A DNA stretch of 64,000 nt from Escherichia phage ZCEC14, in sequence record OP168898.1. One strand, given 5' to 3'. The notes under the pieces were generated by a model. It ran no database searches. It saw only the letters and a program-made list of their open reading frames with translations, and was not told the DNA's origin. Shown in pieces: positions 54,650-64,000 of the stretch (position 1 is the first letter of the stretch; the number at the start of each line of letters is the position of its first letter). Made by a program: the position numbers and the translations under genes.

Positions 54650-56463
54650 CAATTGAAAAAGAAATTGAAGGATTGATTCATAAAACTAATAAAGACCTTT
54701 TAAACGAGAATGCTAATAAAGATTCTCGTGTTTTTCCAACTCAACGGGACCTTATGGCTGGTATTGTGTCTAAACACATTGCCAAAAATATGGTCCCGTC
54801 TTTTATTATGAAAGCGCATGAAAGCGGAATTATTCATTTCCACGATATTGATTATTCCCCTGCTCTTCCATTTACTAATTGCTGTTTAGTAGATTTAAAA
54901 GGAATGCTTGAGAACGGATTTAAGCTAGGTAATGCACAGATTGAAACTCCTAAATCAATTGGCGTTGCTACTGCAATTATGGCACAAATTACTGCACAGG
55001 TTGCTTCTCACCAATATGGCGGAACGACTTTTGCGAATGTAGATAAAGTACTTTCTCCTTATGTTAAACGCACCTATGCAAAACATATTGAGGATGCAGA
55101 AAAATGGCAAATCACTGATGCGTTGAATTATGCTCAATCTAAAACAGAAAAAGACGTATACGATGCATTCCAAGCTTATGAATATGAAGTAAATACTCTC
55201 TTTAGTTCAAACGGACAAACGCCTTTTGTAACAATTACATTTGGTACGGGAACTGACTGGACTGAACGAATGATTCAGAAAGCAATTCTGAAAAATCGTA
55301 TTAAAGGTCTTGGTCGTGATGGGATAACTCCTATTTTCCCTAAGCTTGTTATGTTCGTTGAAGAAGGTGTTAATCTTTATAAAGACGATCCGAACTATGA
55401 TATTAAGCAGCTTGCTCTAGAGTGTGCAAGCAAAAGGATGTATCCTGATATTATTTCAGCTAAGAACAATAAAGCTATCACTGGTTCATCTGTTCCTGTT
55501 TCTCCAATGGGTTGCCGTAGTTTCTTGAGCGTATGGAAAGATTCGACTGGCAATGAAATTCTTGATGGACGTAATAATCTTGGTGTTGTAACATTGAATC
55601 TTCCTCGCATCGCGTTAGATTCTTATATTGGAACACAGTTCAATGAACAGAAATTTGTTGAATTGTTCAATGAACGAATGGATTTATGTTTTGAAGCTTT
55701 GATGTGTAGAATTAGTTCCTTAAAAGGAGTTAAAGCTACTGTTGCTCCTATTCTTTACCAAGAAGGTGCATTCGGGGTTCGTCTTAAACCTGATGACGAT
55801 ATAATTGAGTTATTTAAAAACGGTAGAAGTTCAGTGTCTTTAGGATACATTGGTATTCACGAATTGAATATTCTTGTCGGTCGTGATATTGGACAGGAAA
55901 TTTTAACTAAAATGAATGCTCATCTTAAACAGTGGACTGAAAGAACCGGATTTGCTTTTAGTTTATATTCGACTCCTGCTGAAAACCTTTGTTATCGCTT
56001 CTGTAAACTTGATACAGAAAAATATGGAAGCGTAAAAGATGTTACCGATAAAGGCTGGTACACTAACAGTTTCCATGTTTCAGTAGAAGAAAATATTACT
56101 CCGTTTGAAAAAATTTCTCGTGAAGCGCCATATCATTTCATTGCGACAGGTGGTCACATTTCTTATGTTGAACTTCCTGATATGAAAAACAATTTAAAAG
56201 GTCTTGAGGCTGTATGGGATTATGCTGCACAACATTTAGATTATTTTGGTGTTAATATGCCAGTAGATAAATGTTTTACATGTGGAAGTACCCATGAAAT
56301 GACTCCTACTGAAAACGGATTTGTTTGTTCTATTTGTGAAGAAACTGATCCTAAAAAGATGAATACTATAAGAAGAACATGTGGTTATTTGGGAAATCCG
56401 AACGAACGCGGATTTAATCTCGGTAAAAATAAAGAAATCATGCATAGGGTTAAGCACCAATGA
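54646..56463 (+). CDS. nrdD: Anaerobic ribonucleoside-triphosphate reductase NrdD (glycyl radical enzyme), uninterrupted
   Basis: 605 aa as T4 NrdD; C-terminal Zn-ribbon CFTCGSTHE...CSICE and RTCGYLG glycyl-radical motif; no intron-like insertion. Confidence 0.9.
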   Translation: MTIEKEIEGLIHKTNKDLLNENANKDSRVFPTQRDLMAGIVSKHIAKNMVPSFIMKAHESGIIHFHDIDYSPALPFTNCCLVDLKGMLENGFKLGNAQIETPKSIGVATAIMAQITAQVASHQYGGTTFANVDKVLSPYVKRTYAKHIEDAEKWQITDALNYAQSKTEKDVYDAFQAYEYEVNTLFSSNGQTPFVTITFGTGTDWTERMIQKAILKNRIKGLGRDGITPIFPKLVMFVEEGVNLYKDDPNYDIKQLALECASKRMYPDIISAKNNKAITGSSVPVSPMGCRSFLSVWKDSTGNEILDGRNNLGVVTLNLPRIALDSYIGTQFNEQKFVELFNERMDLCFEALMCRISSLKGVKATVAPILYQEGAFGVRLKPDDDIIELFKNGRSSVSLGYIGIHELNILVGRDIGQEILTKMNAHLKQWTERTGFAFSLYSTPAENLCYRFCKLDTEKYGSVKDVTDKGWYTNSFHVSVEENITPFEKISREAPYHFIATGGHISYVELPDMKNNLKGLEAVWDYAAQHLDYFGVNMPVDKCFTCGSTHEMTPTENGFVCSICEETDPKKMNTIRRTCGYLGNPNERGFNLGKNKEIMHRVKHQ

Positions 56464-56930
56464 ATTATGATAGATTTTATCCTTGCGATTTTGTGAATGG
56501 CCCTGGTTGCAGGGTCGTTCTTTTCGTTACAGGTTGTTTGCATAAATGTGAAGGGTGTTATAATAAATCAACATGGAATGCTAGAAATGGTATTCCATTC
56601 ACTGGTGAAACACTAGAACAATTGATTGAATGTTTGAATAATGATTATATAGAAGGATTAACTATAACTGGAGGAGACCCTCTCTATCCTGACAATCGAG
56701 ATGTTATTCATTGCATTGTTCAAACAGTAAAAAATCTTTATCCCAATAAAAGCATTTGGTTGTGGACAGGATATAAGTTTGAAGATATTAAACAACTAGA
56801 AATGCTTAAATATGTTGATGTTATTATTGATGGGAAGTATGAGAAAAATCTTCCGACTAAAAAGCTGTGGCGAGGATCAGATAATCAGCGACTTTGGTCA
56901 AATACCGATGGGGTGTGGAAACATGATTAA
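56460..56930 (+). CDS. nrdG: Anaerobic RNR activating enzyme NrdG (radical SAM)
   Basis: 156 aa as T4 NrdG; radical-SAM Cys cluster CLHKCEGCYN. Confidence 0.85.
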   Translation: MNYDRFYPCDFVNGPGCRVVLFVTGCLHKCEGCYNKSTWNARNGIPFTGETLEQLIECLNNDYIEGLTITGGDPLYPDNRDVIHCIVQTVKNLYPNKSIWLWTGYKFEDIKQLEMLKYVDVIIDGKYEKNLPTKKLWRGSDNQRLWSNTDGVWKHD

Positions 56931-57048
56931 ATTGAATTATATTATGGATACTATAAATGATATGATTTTTCATTTTGGTCCAGAATTTTATTCGCAGTAT
57001 AGTTTAGTGCTTATCAATGCTTGGTTAATTAATTAAAGGTAAAGGTAA

Positions 57049-57264
57049 ATGTATAAATTTCGTAAAGGTTTAGCTGATTTTCTTACAACTGTAACATTCT
57101 TTCTGTTTATGGCAGTTGGAGCTATTTTCCTTATTCCTTTTATTGCTATATTTTTCGTGATTAGTTTGATTTCTCCAGAAAAGGGCTTATCTTCTAGTGA
57201 ATTCAATGAGCGTCTGGATAAAATTACTAACAAGCTGAATGCTGTTCTTGATAAAAAGGCTTAA
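57049..57264 (+). CDS. Small membrane protein (71 aa)
   Basis: Central hydrophobic helix. Confidence 0.5.
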   Translation: MYKFRKGLADFLTTVTFFLFMAVGAIFLIPFIAIFFVISLISPEKGLSSSEFNERLDKITNKLNAVLDKKA

Positions 57265-57266
57265 TT

Positions 57267-57578
57267 ATGATTAGTTTTGAGCGGTATGTGGTAGAGAGTT
57301 GGAATGGTTTTGATATGTTCGGTAATGACTATTATTTCTATGAATGTAGTCTAAATCCTAGTTTTTGGGCCGGACGTGAACGAGAACTCGAAGAAATTAA
57401 TAATCGTGCTGAATTGTTAGGTGAATTACCTACGGTTTATTTTACCTTTGATGCATCTGGATTTGTTATCCAGGTTTATTTTCCTGAAGAAAATTCTGGC
57501 GATGATTCTGTTAACCCGCCATATTGGGCTTATCAAGGAATTATTTCTCGTGGAACAAAACTCGAACTTAAAGAATAA
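57267..57578 (+). CDS. Hypothetical protein (103 aa)
   Basis: ATGA overlap with upstream stop. Confidence 0.5.
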   Translation: MISFERYVVESWNGFDMFGNDYYFYECSLNPSFWAGRERELEEINNRAELLGELPTVYFTFDASGFVIQVYFPEENSGDDSVNPPYWAYQGIISRGTKLELKE

Positions 57579-57873
57579 GATTGAAGTCTATGGAATTCCA
57601 GATGAAGTAGGTCGTTGTCCTGGATGTCAATCAGTTACAAAACTTCTAAAGGAGCTCAATGCTCCTTTTACTTTCTATAAAGTTCTTACAAATAATGGTA
57701 AGATTGAGTATGATCGTCCACTGATTGTATCTCTTGCTAAACGCGCTGGATTCACATCTCTTAGTATTCGTTATCCAGTCATTTTCATCAATGATTCTAG
57801 ACAAAAGAACATTAAACACTTCAAAGAAACTCTCATTTCACTTGGATATGATAGAGATATCATAGAAGATTAA
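57550..57873 (+). CDS. Glutaredoxin-like thioredoxin-fold protein (NrdH-like); start codon uncertain
   Basis: KIEVYGIPDEVGRCPGCQ (CxxC) thioredoxin-fold N-terminus; no in-frame ATG near the fold start, GTG 57550 is the nearest candidate. Confidence 0.5.
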   Translation: MEQNSNLKNKIEVYGIPDEVGRCPGCQSVTKLLKELNAPFTFYKVLTNNGKIEYDRPLIVSLAKRAGFTSLSIRYPVIFINDSRQKNIKHFKETLISLGYDRDIIED

Positions 57874-57876
57874 GAC

Positions 57877-57897
57877 GGGCCCTCTGGGCCTTTCTTT
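57877..57897 (+). terminator. Rho-independent terminator
   Basis: GGCCC-TCT-GGGCC hairpin followed by TTTCTTTC. Confidence 0.6.
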
Positions 57898-57971
57898 CTC
57901 ACATTCTGTATATTACCATTCTAAGCTATCGTTCCTTTCTTATCATTCCCTAAAATATTTTTCACAAAGTT

Positions 57972-58001
57972 GTTTACAACAAGTTCAAACCGTGGTATTA
58001 T
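57972..58001 (+). promoter_or_regulatory. T4-type early promoter
   Basis: GTTTACA 57972-57978, TGGTATTAT -10, upstream TTCCCTAAAATATTTTTCACAAA element. Confidence 0.6.
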
Positions 58002-58031
58002 TAACATATGAATTACCTTTGAGGAATTGAT

Positions 58032-58208
58032 ATGGTTGATAAAGAGATTAAAATTGACCAGTATTATCGTGTTAACGGACATATCGTTATTGTTACAGCA
58101 GTCGATGATTTAGATGTTCATTATACTGCGATTAAATGGAACAAACGTATGATTTGTGATCGTGCTGTATTTAGTTCAGTTGCTAAGGAAATTAAACTCC
58201 ATGGGTAA
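58032..58208 (+). CDS. Hypothetical small protein (58 aa)
   Basis: ATG 58032 after RBS GAGGAATTGATATG. Confidence 0.45.
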   Translation: MVDKEIKIDQYYRVNGHIVIVTAVDDLDVHYTAIKWNKRMICDRAVFSSVAKEIKLHG

Positions 58209-58494
58209 AACGTATCGTCGTAAAGACTTAAAAGTGCGTGATTATGACTATTTCGGAAAGCGTAAAGCTCCTGATGGTGTAAGTCATAAAGATATGGTTG
58301 AAAACATTTTTCGCTCAGATAAATGGCGTAGAATGAAAGGCATTGATTCAGAAGTTAAAGATGAGTTAAATCGTCAATTACGCGGTGAAGTAAGAAAGTT
58401 GAAAAAATCAGTTTACATTGACGATGATTTTGATTATAATACTTCTCAACGAGTTGCTAAACGTAAATCAAACGAGTGTTATCGTTACAGCTGA
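58201..58494 (+). CDS. Highly basic small protein (97 aa)
   Basis: MGKTYRRKDLKVRDYDYFGKRK...; ATG 58201 overlaps upstream ORF. Confidence 0.5.
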   Translation: MGKTYRRKDLKVRDYDYFGKRKAPDGVSHKDMVENIFRSDKWRRMKGIDSEVKDELNRQLRGEVRKLKKSVYIDDDFDYNTSQRVAKRKSNECYRYS

Positions 58495-58501
58495 GGAAAA
58501 T

Positions 58502-58636
58502 ATGAATATCAAACGAATGCTTTTTAAGCAAGGGCTATACACTTTAAATGTTACTCCAAAAGGCGATACAACTAAGTGGTCAGTAAATGACTGGATTAAA
58601 TTTATTGATGAAAATGGCAATTGGTGGGAAATTTAA
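58502..58636 (+). CDS. Hypothetical small protein (44 aa)
   Basis: ATG 58502 with RBS GAGGAAAATATG. Confidence 0.4.
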   Translation: MNIKRMLFKQGLYTLNVTPKGDTTKWSVNDWIKFIDENGNWWEI

Positions 58637-58837
58637 ATGAATCCTGAATCTAAATTATCGCAGCGAATTGCCGAAGCTCGTCGTCAGTTCTTTGAAAATA
58701 TGATAGCCCAAGGTATTGATGATGAAGTTTTTCTGAACTGGTTTTGGAATCACAAATATTCAAGTTGCTCAGGAGCAATATTAATATCAGCCGCAATGAT
58801 GTATGAAGGCTGGAAGGGTGCCAAAAAGTTTAGCTAA
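58637..58837 (+). CDS. Hypothetical protein (66 aa)
   Basis: ORF followed by terminator. Confidence 0.5.
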   Translation: MNPESKLSQRIAEARRQFFENMIAQGIDDEVFLNWFWNHKYSSCSGAILISAAMMYEGWKGAKKFS

Positions 58838-58855
58838 GGGCTTCGGCCCTTTTTG
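58837..58855 (+). terminator. Rho-independent terminator
   Basis: AGGGC-TTCG-GCCCT hairpin followed by TTTTT. Confidence 0.8.
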
Positions 58856-58889
58856 GATAATAAAATTTTAACGTAATTGAGGATAATGT

Positions 58890-59216
58890 ATGACTATTCA
58901 AATTAAAAACGCCATCAATTCTTACGCATATGATAAAGTAGTTTCTTTGCTAGAAAAAGGCGATATTGTAACTCCTCAAATTTTGGATAAATGGGAAAAA
59001 GAGCTTCATCAGACGATGAAACAGAATGATCAGAAGATTGGACGTAATACTGTCCGTGAATTGCTGGTTCAGTATATCTTGTCAGAATTTGATGTTAAAG
59101 CTTTTGGTGTAGAATCTAAAGCTTATCAAAAGCATGAAATTTCCGATAAGACTATTCGTCGCATGAAAAATCAACGCAAGAAAAAATTTGCAGACCTGAA
59201 AATTACTAAGGTATAA
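58890..59216 (+). CDS. Hypothetical protein (108 aa)
   Basis: RBS TGAGGATAATGTATG. Confidence 0.5.
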   Translation: MTIQIKNAINSYAYDKVVSLLEKGDIVTPQILDKWEKELHQTMKQNDQKIGRNTVRELLVQYILSEFDVKAFGVESKAYQKHEISDKTIRRMKNQRKKKFADLKITKV

Positions 59217-59218
59217 TT

Positions 59219-59434
59219 ATGAACGAAGCTCTTATTAACGATTTGCGTCTTGCTGGATATGAAGTAAATACAAATGGCATTGGTTTAACTCAAATTGAAG
59301 GAAATGGATTCATCCTTGAGTATGAATTTAGCCAATGGTGGTTATATGCTAATTACGGCGAATTGATTGAATATGTTGACCAATTTGATTCACTAGATGC
59401 AGCTCTCGAAGCGGCTAAGTTGATGAATGTATGA
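59219..59434 (+). CDS. Hypothetical acidic protein (71 aa)
   Basis: ORF chain with overlapping stops. Confidence 0.5.
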   Translation: MNEALINDLRLAGYEVNTNGIGLTQIEGNGFILEYEFSQWWLYANYGELIEYVDQFDSLDAALEAAKLMNV

Positions 59435-59700
59435 AATTTATTAATATTTCTATTACTATTGAAAATTATGGCATTTTCTATGTTGACCAATACATGAAAA
59501 TTTCATTTTTCCCAAATAAGACTGGTGTTGGATATTGGGAAAGTCATGTTTCTGAATTAAATGAAAGTGAATATGTTAGCACACATGAAAAGTTTTTAGA
59601 CTTTTTATATCATGCTGATTTAACTAGTCATTATATAGATATTCATGAATTTAAAAAGATGATGGAGAAAGTGTTCCAAGCATACTGCTTACTTAGATAA
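59431..59700 (+). CDS. Hypothetical protein (89 aa)
   Basis: ATGA overlap. Confidence 0.5.
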   Translation: MKFINISITIENYGIFYVDQYMKISFFPNKTGVGYWESHVSELNESEYVSTHEKFLDFLYHADLTSHYIDIHEFKKMMEKVFQAYCLLR

Positions 59701-59780
59701 CTGATTCATCCTCTATGCTTTAAGATAGATCTTCAAATATTATGATATAATAGATCTATGAATTGAGCTAAGAGGTGAAA

Positions 59781-60338
59781 ATGTCAGAAACTAAGCCTAA
59801 ATATAATTACGTAAACAATAAAGAGCTTTTACAAGCTATTATTGATTGGAAAACAGAATTAGCAAATAATAAAGACCCAAATAAAGTAGTTCGTCAGAAT
59901 GATACTATCGGATTAGCCATTATGCTTATTGCAGAAGGCTTATCTAAACGTTTCAACTTTTCAGGATACACCCAATCCTGGAAACAAGAAATGATTGCAG
60001 ATGGTATAGAAGCTTCTATTAAGGGGCTTCACAATTTTGATGAAACGAAATATAAAAACCCACATGCGTATATAACTCAAGCTTGTTTTAATGCATTCGT
60101 CCAACGTATTAAAAAAGAACGTAAGGAAGTTGCAAAGAAATATAGTTACTTCGTTCACAATGTCTATGACAGTCGTGACGACGATATGGTTGCGTTAGTA
60201 GATGAAACTTTTATTCAAGACATCTATGATAAAATGACGCATTACGAAGAATCAACCTATAGAACACCGGGGGCTGAAAAGAAAAGTGTTGTAGACGATT
60301 CTCCTAGTTTGGATTTTTTATATGAGGCTAACGATTAA
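59781..60338 (+). CDS. 55: Late transcription sigma factor gp55
   Basis: 185 aa; [24 protein letters not shown] recognised as T4 gp55. Confidence 0.9.
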
Positions 60339-60540
60339 CCTCTCCGGATTCTTGGAAGAAATACCTGAAGTTGAAGCTATTCCCTATTTACTTAAAATGT
60401 ATCTCAGGGAAGTTTTAGCTCTTGACATTGATATTGATCCAGAAAATCCGTATGATACCGCTTTTAAATCTAATGGTGTAGAATTAAACTATCGGTATCA
60501 TTTAACAGATGATGATTTTTATTTTATATTAGAGAAATAA
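60322..60540 (+). CDS. Hypothetical protein (72 aa)
   Basis: ORF overlapping 3' end of gene 55. Confidence 0.45.
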
Positions 60541-60541
60541 T

Positions 60542-60859
60542 ATGACTGATAAACCCGAAATTAATGATGAAGTGGAAAAGCTTATTTCTTCTATTGAAGA
60601 AAAGAACCGTCTTGAAGCAGAAAGAAAAGCAAATAAGTTATTGTCTAAAAACAAACGCGAACTGAACCGTCTTTATAAGCACGCTCAGATTGCAGCTGAA
60701 AACAATAATTTCGCTCAATACGAATATGCTATCAAGAAAAGTCGGGATATTCTAAAACAGCCATATAACGATGAACTCATTAGTATTCTTTGGAAGACTA
60801 CTAGATCGCAGATTGAGGATATGATTGATGCTTACACGCGTAAAATTCAAGCGTCTTAA
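60542..60859 (+). CDS. Hypothetical helical protein (105 aa)
   Basis: Charged helical sequence. Confidence 0.5.
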   Translation: MTDKPEINDEVEKLISSIEEKNRLEAERKANKLLSKNKRELNRLYKHAQIAAENNNFAQYEYAIKKSRDILKQPYNDELISILWKTTRSQIEDMIDAYTRKIQAS

Positions 60860-61031
60860 AATTAATGCAGGATTTACTGAATCTTTGAATGGTCATCTTT
60901 GCGTGAAAATTTCTGAAAAAGAATACCATGATAGTTCAATTAAAGAAGTTAATCCTCCTATTGTAAGAGCAGACCCTAATATGAAAGTGTGGGTTGATTC
61001 TTATCAAGTCAAAAAATGGTGGCAACTGTGA
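60825..61031 (+). CDS. Hypothetical protein (68 aa)
   Basis: ORF in chain. Confidence 0.45.
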   Translation: MMLTRVKFKRLKINAGFTESLNGHLCVKISEKEYHDSSIKEVNPPIVRADPNMKVWVDSYQVKKWWQL

Positions 61032-61034
61032 AAG

Positions 61035-61208
61035 ATGAACACCCAGACTTCTGAAATAGATTATAATAAAATTCGTTCCTCTAAAGTAGAAATGATGAGA
61101 CGCTTTAAAGAGTCTCATGATAAAGCTAAAGCAGAAGGAACTATAACATATAAGCGTATAAAATTTAGAAGCTCTAATGAGCCTCTGTATGGCGTATTAT
61201 GCGGATAG
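61035..61208 (+). CDS. Hypothetical small protein (57 aa)
   Basis: ATG 61035; below ORF-track cutoff. Confidence 0.4.
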   Translation: MNTQTSEIDYNKIRSSKVEMMRRFKESHDKAKAEGTITYKRIKFRSSNEPLYGVLCG

Positions 61209-61274
61209 GAGCTTCGGCTCCTATATTGCTTTATAAATTTTTGGTAAAATAAACCAAAACAATGAGGATATTAA

Positions 61275-62477
61275 ATGAAAGTATGTATTTTTATGGCTCG
61301 AGGTCTTGAAGGTTGCGGTGTAACTAAATTTTCTCTTGAGCAACGTGATTGGTTTATTAAAAATGGTCATGAAGTAACTTTGGTTTATGCTAAAGATAAA
61401 TCATTTACTCGTAATTGCGCACATGATTATAAGTCATTTTCAATTCCGGTTTTATTGGCAAAAGAATACGATAAAACACTTAAACTGGTAAATGATTGCG
61501 ATATTTTAATTATCAATTCAGTTCCTGCTACTTCAGTAGAAGAAGACACCATTAATAACTATAAAAAAATTATTGATAACATTAAACCTTCGGTTCGTGT
61601 TGTAGTTTATCAGCATGACCATTCTTCTCTTTCTTTGCGTCGAAATTTGGGATTAGAAGAAACTGTTCGTCGAGCTGATGTTATTTTTAGCCATTCTGAT
61701 AATGGTGACTTTAATAAAGTTTTGATGAAAGAATGGTATCCGGAAACTGTTTCTCTGTTTGATGATATTGAAGAAGCACCGACCGTATATAACTTTCAGC
61801 CTCCTATGGATATTGCGAAGGTTCGATCAACCTACTGGAAAGATGTTTCTGAAATTAACATGAATATCAACCGTTGGATTGGTCGTACTACTACATGGAA
61901 AGGCTTTTATCAGATGTTTGATTTTCATGAAAAACATCTTAAACCTGCAGGACTAAGTACTATTATGGAAGGTCTGGAACGTTCTCCAGCATTCATTCCT
62001 ATTAAAGAAAAAGGAATTCCATACGAGTATTATCGTCTTCATCAAGTAGACCAAATTAAAATTGCTCCTAATTTGCCAACGCAAATTCTCGACCGTTATG
62101 TAAATAGCGAAATGCTTGAACGCATGAGTAAATCCGGATTTGGTTATCAGCTGAGTAAGTTGGACAAAAAATATCTACAGCGTTCTTTAGAATACACTCA
62201 TCTCGAGCTTGGTGCATGTGGAACAATTCCAGTATTTTGGAAATCTACTGGCGAAAATTTAAAATTCCGTGTTGATAATACTCCATTAATTTCACATGAT
62301 AGCGGTATCGTTTGGTTTGATGAAAATGACATGGAATCAACATTTGAACGTATTAAAGAACTGTCATCTGACCGAGCTCTTTATGATCGCGAACGCGAAA
62401 AAGCTTATGAATTTTTGTATCAGCATCAAGATTCAAGCTTCTGCTTTAAAGAACAGTTTGACATTATTACAAAATAA
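61275..62477 (+). CDS. a-gt: DNA alpha-glucosyltransferase (glucosylates hydroxymethylcytosine)
   Basis: 400 aa as T4 AGT; MKVCIFMARGLEGCGVTKFSLEQRDWFIKNGHEVTLVYAKDKSF recognised. Confidence 0.9.
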   Translation: MKVCIFMARGLEGCGVTKFSLEQRDWFIKNGHEVTLVYAKDKSFTRNCAHDYKSFSIPVLLAKEYDKTLKLVNDCDILIINSVPATSVEEDTINNYKKIIDNIKPSVRVVVYQHDHSSLSLRRNLGLEETVRRADVIFSHSDNGDFNKVLMKEWYPETVSLFDDIEEAPTVYNFQPPMDIAKVRSTYWKDVSEINMNINRWIGRTTTWKGFYQMFDFHEKHLKPAGLSTIMEGLERSPAFIPIKEKGIPYEYYRLHQVDQIKIAPNLPTQILDRYVNSEMLERMSKSGFGYQLSKLDKKYLQRSLEYTHLELGACGTIPVFWKSTGENLKFRVDNTPLISHDSGIVWFDENDMESTFERIKELSSDRALYDREREKAYEFLYQHQDSSFCFKEQFDIITK

Positions 62478-62494
62478 AGGGCTTCGGCCCTTTA
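62476..62494 (+). terminator. Stem-loop / probable terminator
   Basis: AAAGGGC-TTCG-GCCCTTT hairpin; short U tract. Confidence 0.55.
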
Positions 62495-62516
62495 GCTTTA
62501 TACGGAGTTTGATATA

Positions 62517-62657
62517 ATGATATTTCTTGGATATGTGATACTTTTTCTAGCGTTTTATCTATTCACTAGAGCATGTTGGATTGGATTCTTTAGTACTCCA
62601 GATGGATTTATTTCAATAATTTTATTTTGCATTTCAATGACGGTTCTTGATATATGA
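62517..62657 (+). CDS. Small hydrophobic membrane peptide (46 aa)
   Basis: MIFLGYVILFLAFYLF... two TM stretches; ATGA overlap with gene 47 start. Confidence 0.4.
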   Translation: MIFLGYVILFLAFYLFTRACWIGFFSTPDGFISIILFCISMTVLDI

Positions 62658-63673
62658 AAATTTTAAATTTAGGTGATTGGCATTTAGGTGTTAAAGCCGA
62701 TGATGAGTGGGTTCAATCCATTCAGTTGGATGGAATTAAACAAGCAATAGAATATTCTAAGAAAAATGGAATTACTACATGGATTCAATATGGCGATATT
62801 TTTGATGTGCGAAAAGCAATCACACATAAAACTATGGAGTTCGCTCGTGAAATAGTTCAAATGCTTGATGATGCTGGTATTACCCTACATACTGTTGTAG
62901 GAAACCATGATATGCACTTTAAAAATACTTTAACTCCAAATGCTTCTACTGAACTTTTGGCTAAATATCCTAATGTTAAAGTATATGATAAGCCTACTAC
63001 AGTAGATTTTGACGGATGTTTGATTGATTTAATTCCTTGGATGTGTGAAGAAAATACTGGTGAAATTCTTGAACACATCAAAACTTCATCTGCTTCTTTT
63101 TGTGTTGGCCACTGGGAGCTGAATGGATTTTATTTTTATAAAGGAATGAAATCTCACGGTCTTGAACCCGATTTCCTTAAGACTTATAAAGAGGTGTGGT
63201 CTGGTCACTTCCATACTATCTCTGAGGCTGCTAACGTCAGATATATTGGGACACCATGGACACTAACTGCAGGTGACGAGAATGACCCTCGTGGGTTCTG
63301 GATGTTTGATACAGAAACAGAACGAATGGAATTTATTCCAAACAATACTACCTGGCATCGTAGAATTCATTATCCATTTAAAGGAAAAATTGACTATAAA
63401 GATTTTACAAATCTATCAGTACGTGTTATAGTAACTGAAGTAGACAAAAATCTGACGAAGTTCGAATCTGAACTAGAAAAAGTTGTGCATTCATTACGAG
63501 TTGTGTCAAAGATTGATAACTCTGTCGAGTCAGATGACAGTGAAGAAGTTGAAGTTCAATCGCTTCAGACGTTGATGGAAGAATACATTAATGCAATTCC
63601 AGACATCACTGATTCTGATCGTGAAGCACTTATTCAATATGCAAATCAGCTATATGTAGAGGCAACACAATGA
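62654..63673 (+). CDS. 47: Recombination endonuclease subunit gp47 (Mre11-like phosphoesterase)
   Basis: 339 aa as T4 gp47; phosphoesterase motifs LGDWHLG, GDIFD, GNHD. Confidence 0.9.
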   Translation: MKILNLGDWHLGVKADDEWVQSIQLDGIKQAIEYSKKNGITTWIQYGDIFDVRKAITHKTMEFAREIVQMLDDAGITLHTVVGNHDMHFKNTLTPNASTELLAKYPNVKVYDKPTTVDFDGCLIDLIPWMCEENTGEILEHIKTSSASFCVGHWELNGFYFYKGMKSHGLEPDFLKTYKEVWSGHFHTISEAANVRYIGTPWTLTAGDENDPRGFWMFDTETERMEFIPNNTTWHRRIHYPFKGKIDYKDFTNLSVRVIVTEVDKNLTKFESELEKVVHSLRVVSKIDNSVESDDSEEVEVQSLQTLMEEYINAIPDITDSDREALIQYANQLYVEATQ

Positions 63674-63933
63674 CTTTTGATGAATTTAAAAATGTTATGA
63701 TGAGTCAGCATTTTGAATGCGAAGTGAAAGATGATATTGGGCATAAAGAAATTATTGAATATTGGTTTGAACCGCTAGAGGTTGAAGATAATCGTATTAA
63801 AAAGGTTACGGTCTGCACTGATTGGGCCGTATCTTTTAACTTCAACATTTTAGATAATGACACACCTAAATCATTACAAGATATGGCTGTATCTTGTATT
63901 AAGGATGCATACTGTGAAGTTTTCGACATTTGA
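63670..63933 (+). CDS. Hypothetical acidic protein (87 aa)
   Basis: ATGA overlap with gene 47 stop. Confidence 0.5.
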   Translation: MTFDEFKNVMMSQHFECEVKDDIGHKEIIEYWFEPLEVEDNRIKKVTVCTDWAVSFNFNILDNDTPKSLQDMAVSCIKDAYCEVFDI

Positions 63934-64000
63934 CATTAACGATGAATTCATAGCAAATATTGATTACACCGAAGAAGATTCTAGATATGTTGGAATAATT
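63905..64000 (+). CDS. Hypothetical ORF, 5' part only (runs off window end)
   Basis: ATG 63905 opens a frame (MHTVKFSTFDINDEF...) still open at 64000; identity not established. Confidence 0.3.
   Translation, partial: MHTVKFSTFDINDEFIANIDYTEEDSRYVGII

Overview
This window is a contiguous piece of a T4-like (T-even, Tequatrovirus-type) myovirus genome, in reverse orientation relative to the usual T4 map. All calls rest on my own recognition of T4 protein sequences, lengths, gene order and motifs; no database search or RNA folding was run. Positions 1-21816 carry the late structural block on the minus strand (sheath gene 18 partial, terminase 17/16, neck 15/14/13, fibritin wac, short tail fiber 12, baseplate 11-10-9-8-7-6, spike tip 5.4, 5.1, hub-lysozyme 5, 53). 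From 21864 onward almost everything is on the plus strand: 4, 2, 3, dNMP kinase 1, 57A, 57B, a hypervariable internal-protein region, a cluster of 10 tRNAs, nudE, lysozyme e, ipIII, ipII, denV, the vs/regB/tk/rI block, a long run of small and paralogous accessory ORFs, nrdC, endonuclease VII (49), intron-less nrdD, nrdG, late sigma factor 55, alpha-glucosyltransferase and recombination nuclease 47. The most interesting material is in the accessory regions: a reiterated early-promoter/RBS/capsid-targeting-leader cassette driving six leader-bearing ORFs (four without an ipI/ipII/ipIII counterpart I recognise, one with an apparent homopolymer frameshift); a truncated duplicate of the denV 5' end; two extra tRNAs (Tyr, Asn) beyond the canonical T4 set; a roughly 350-nt ORF-free structured segment ending in a strong terminator; a GrcA-like glycyl-radical gene whose 3' half has host-like codon usage; a macro-domain protein; a nucleotidyltransferase-fold protein and a P-loop ATPase; and several tandem paralog arrays of unknown function. 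No CRISPR array, integrase or transposase was seen.
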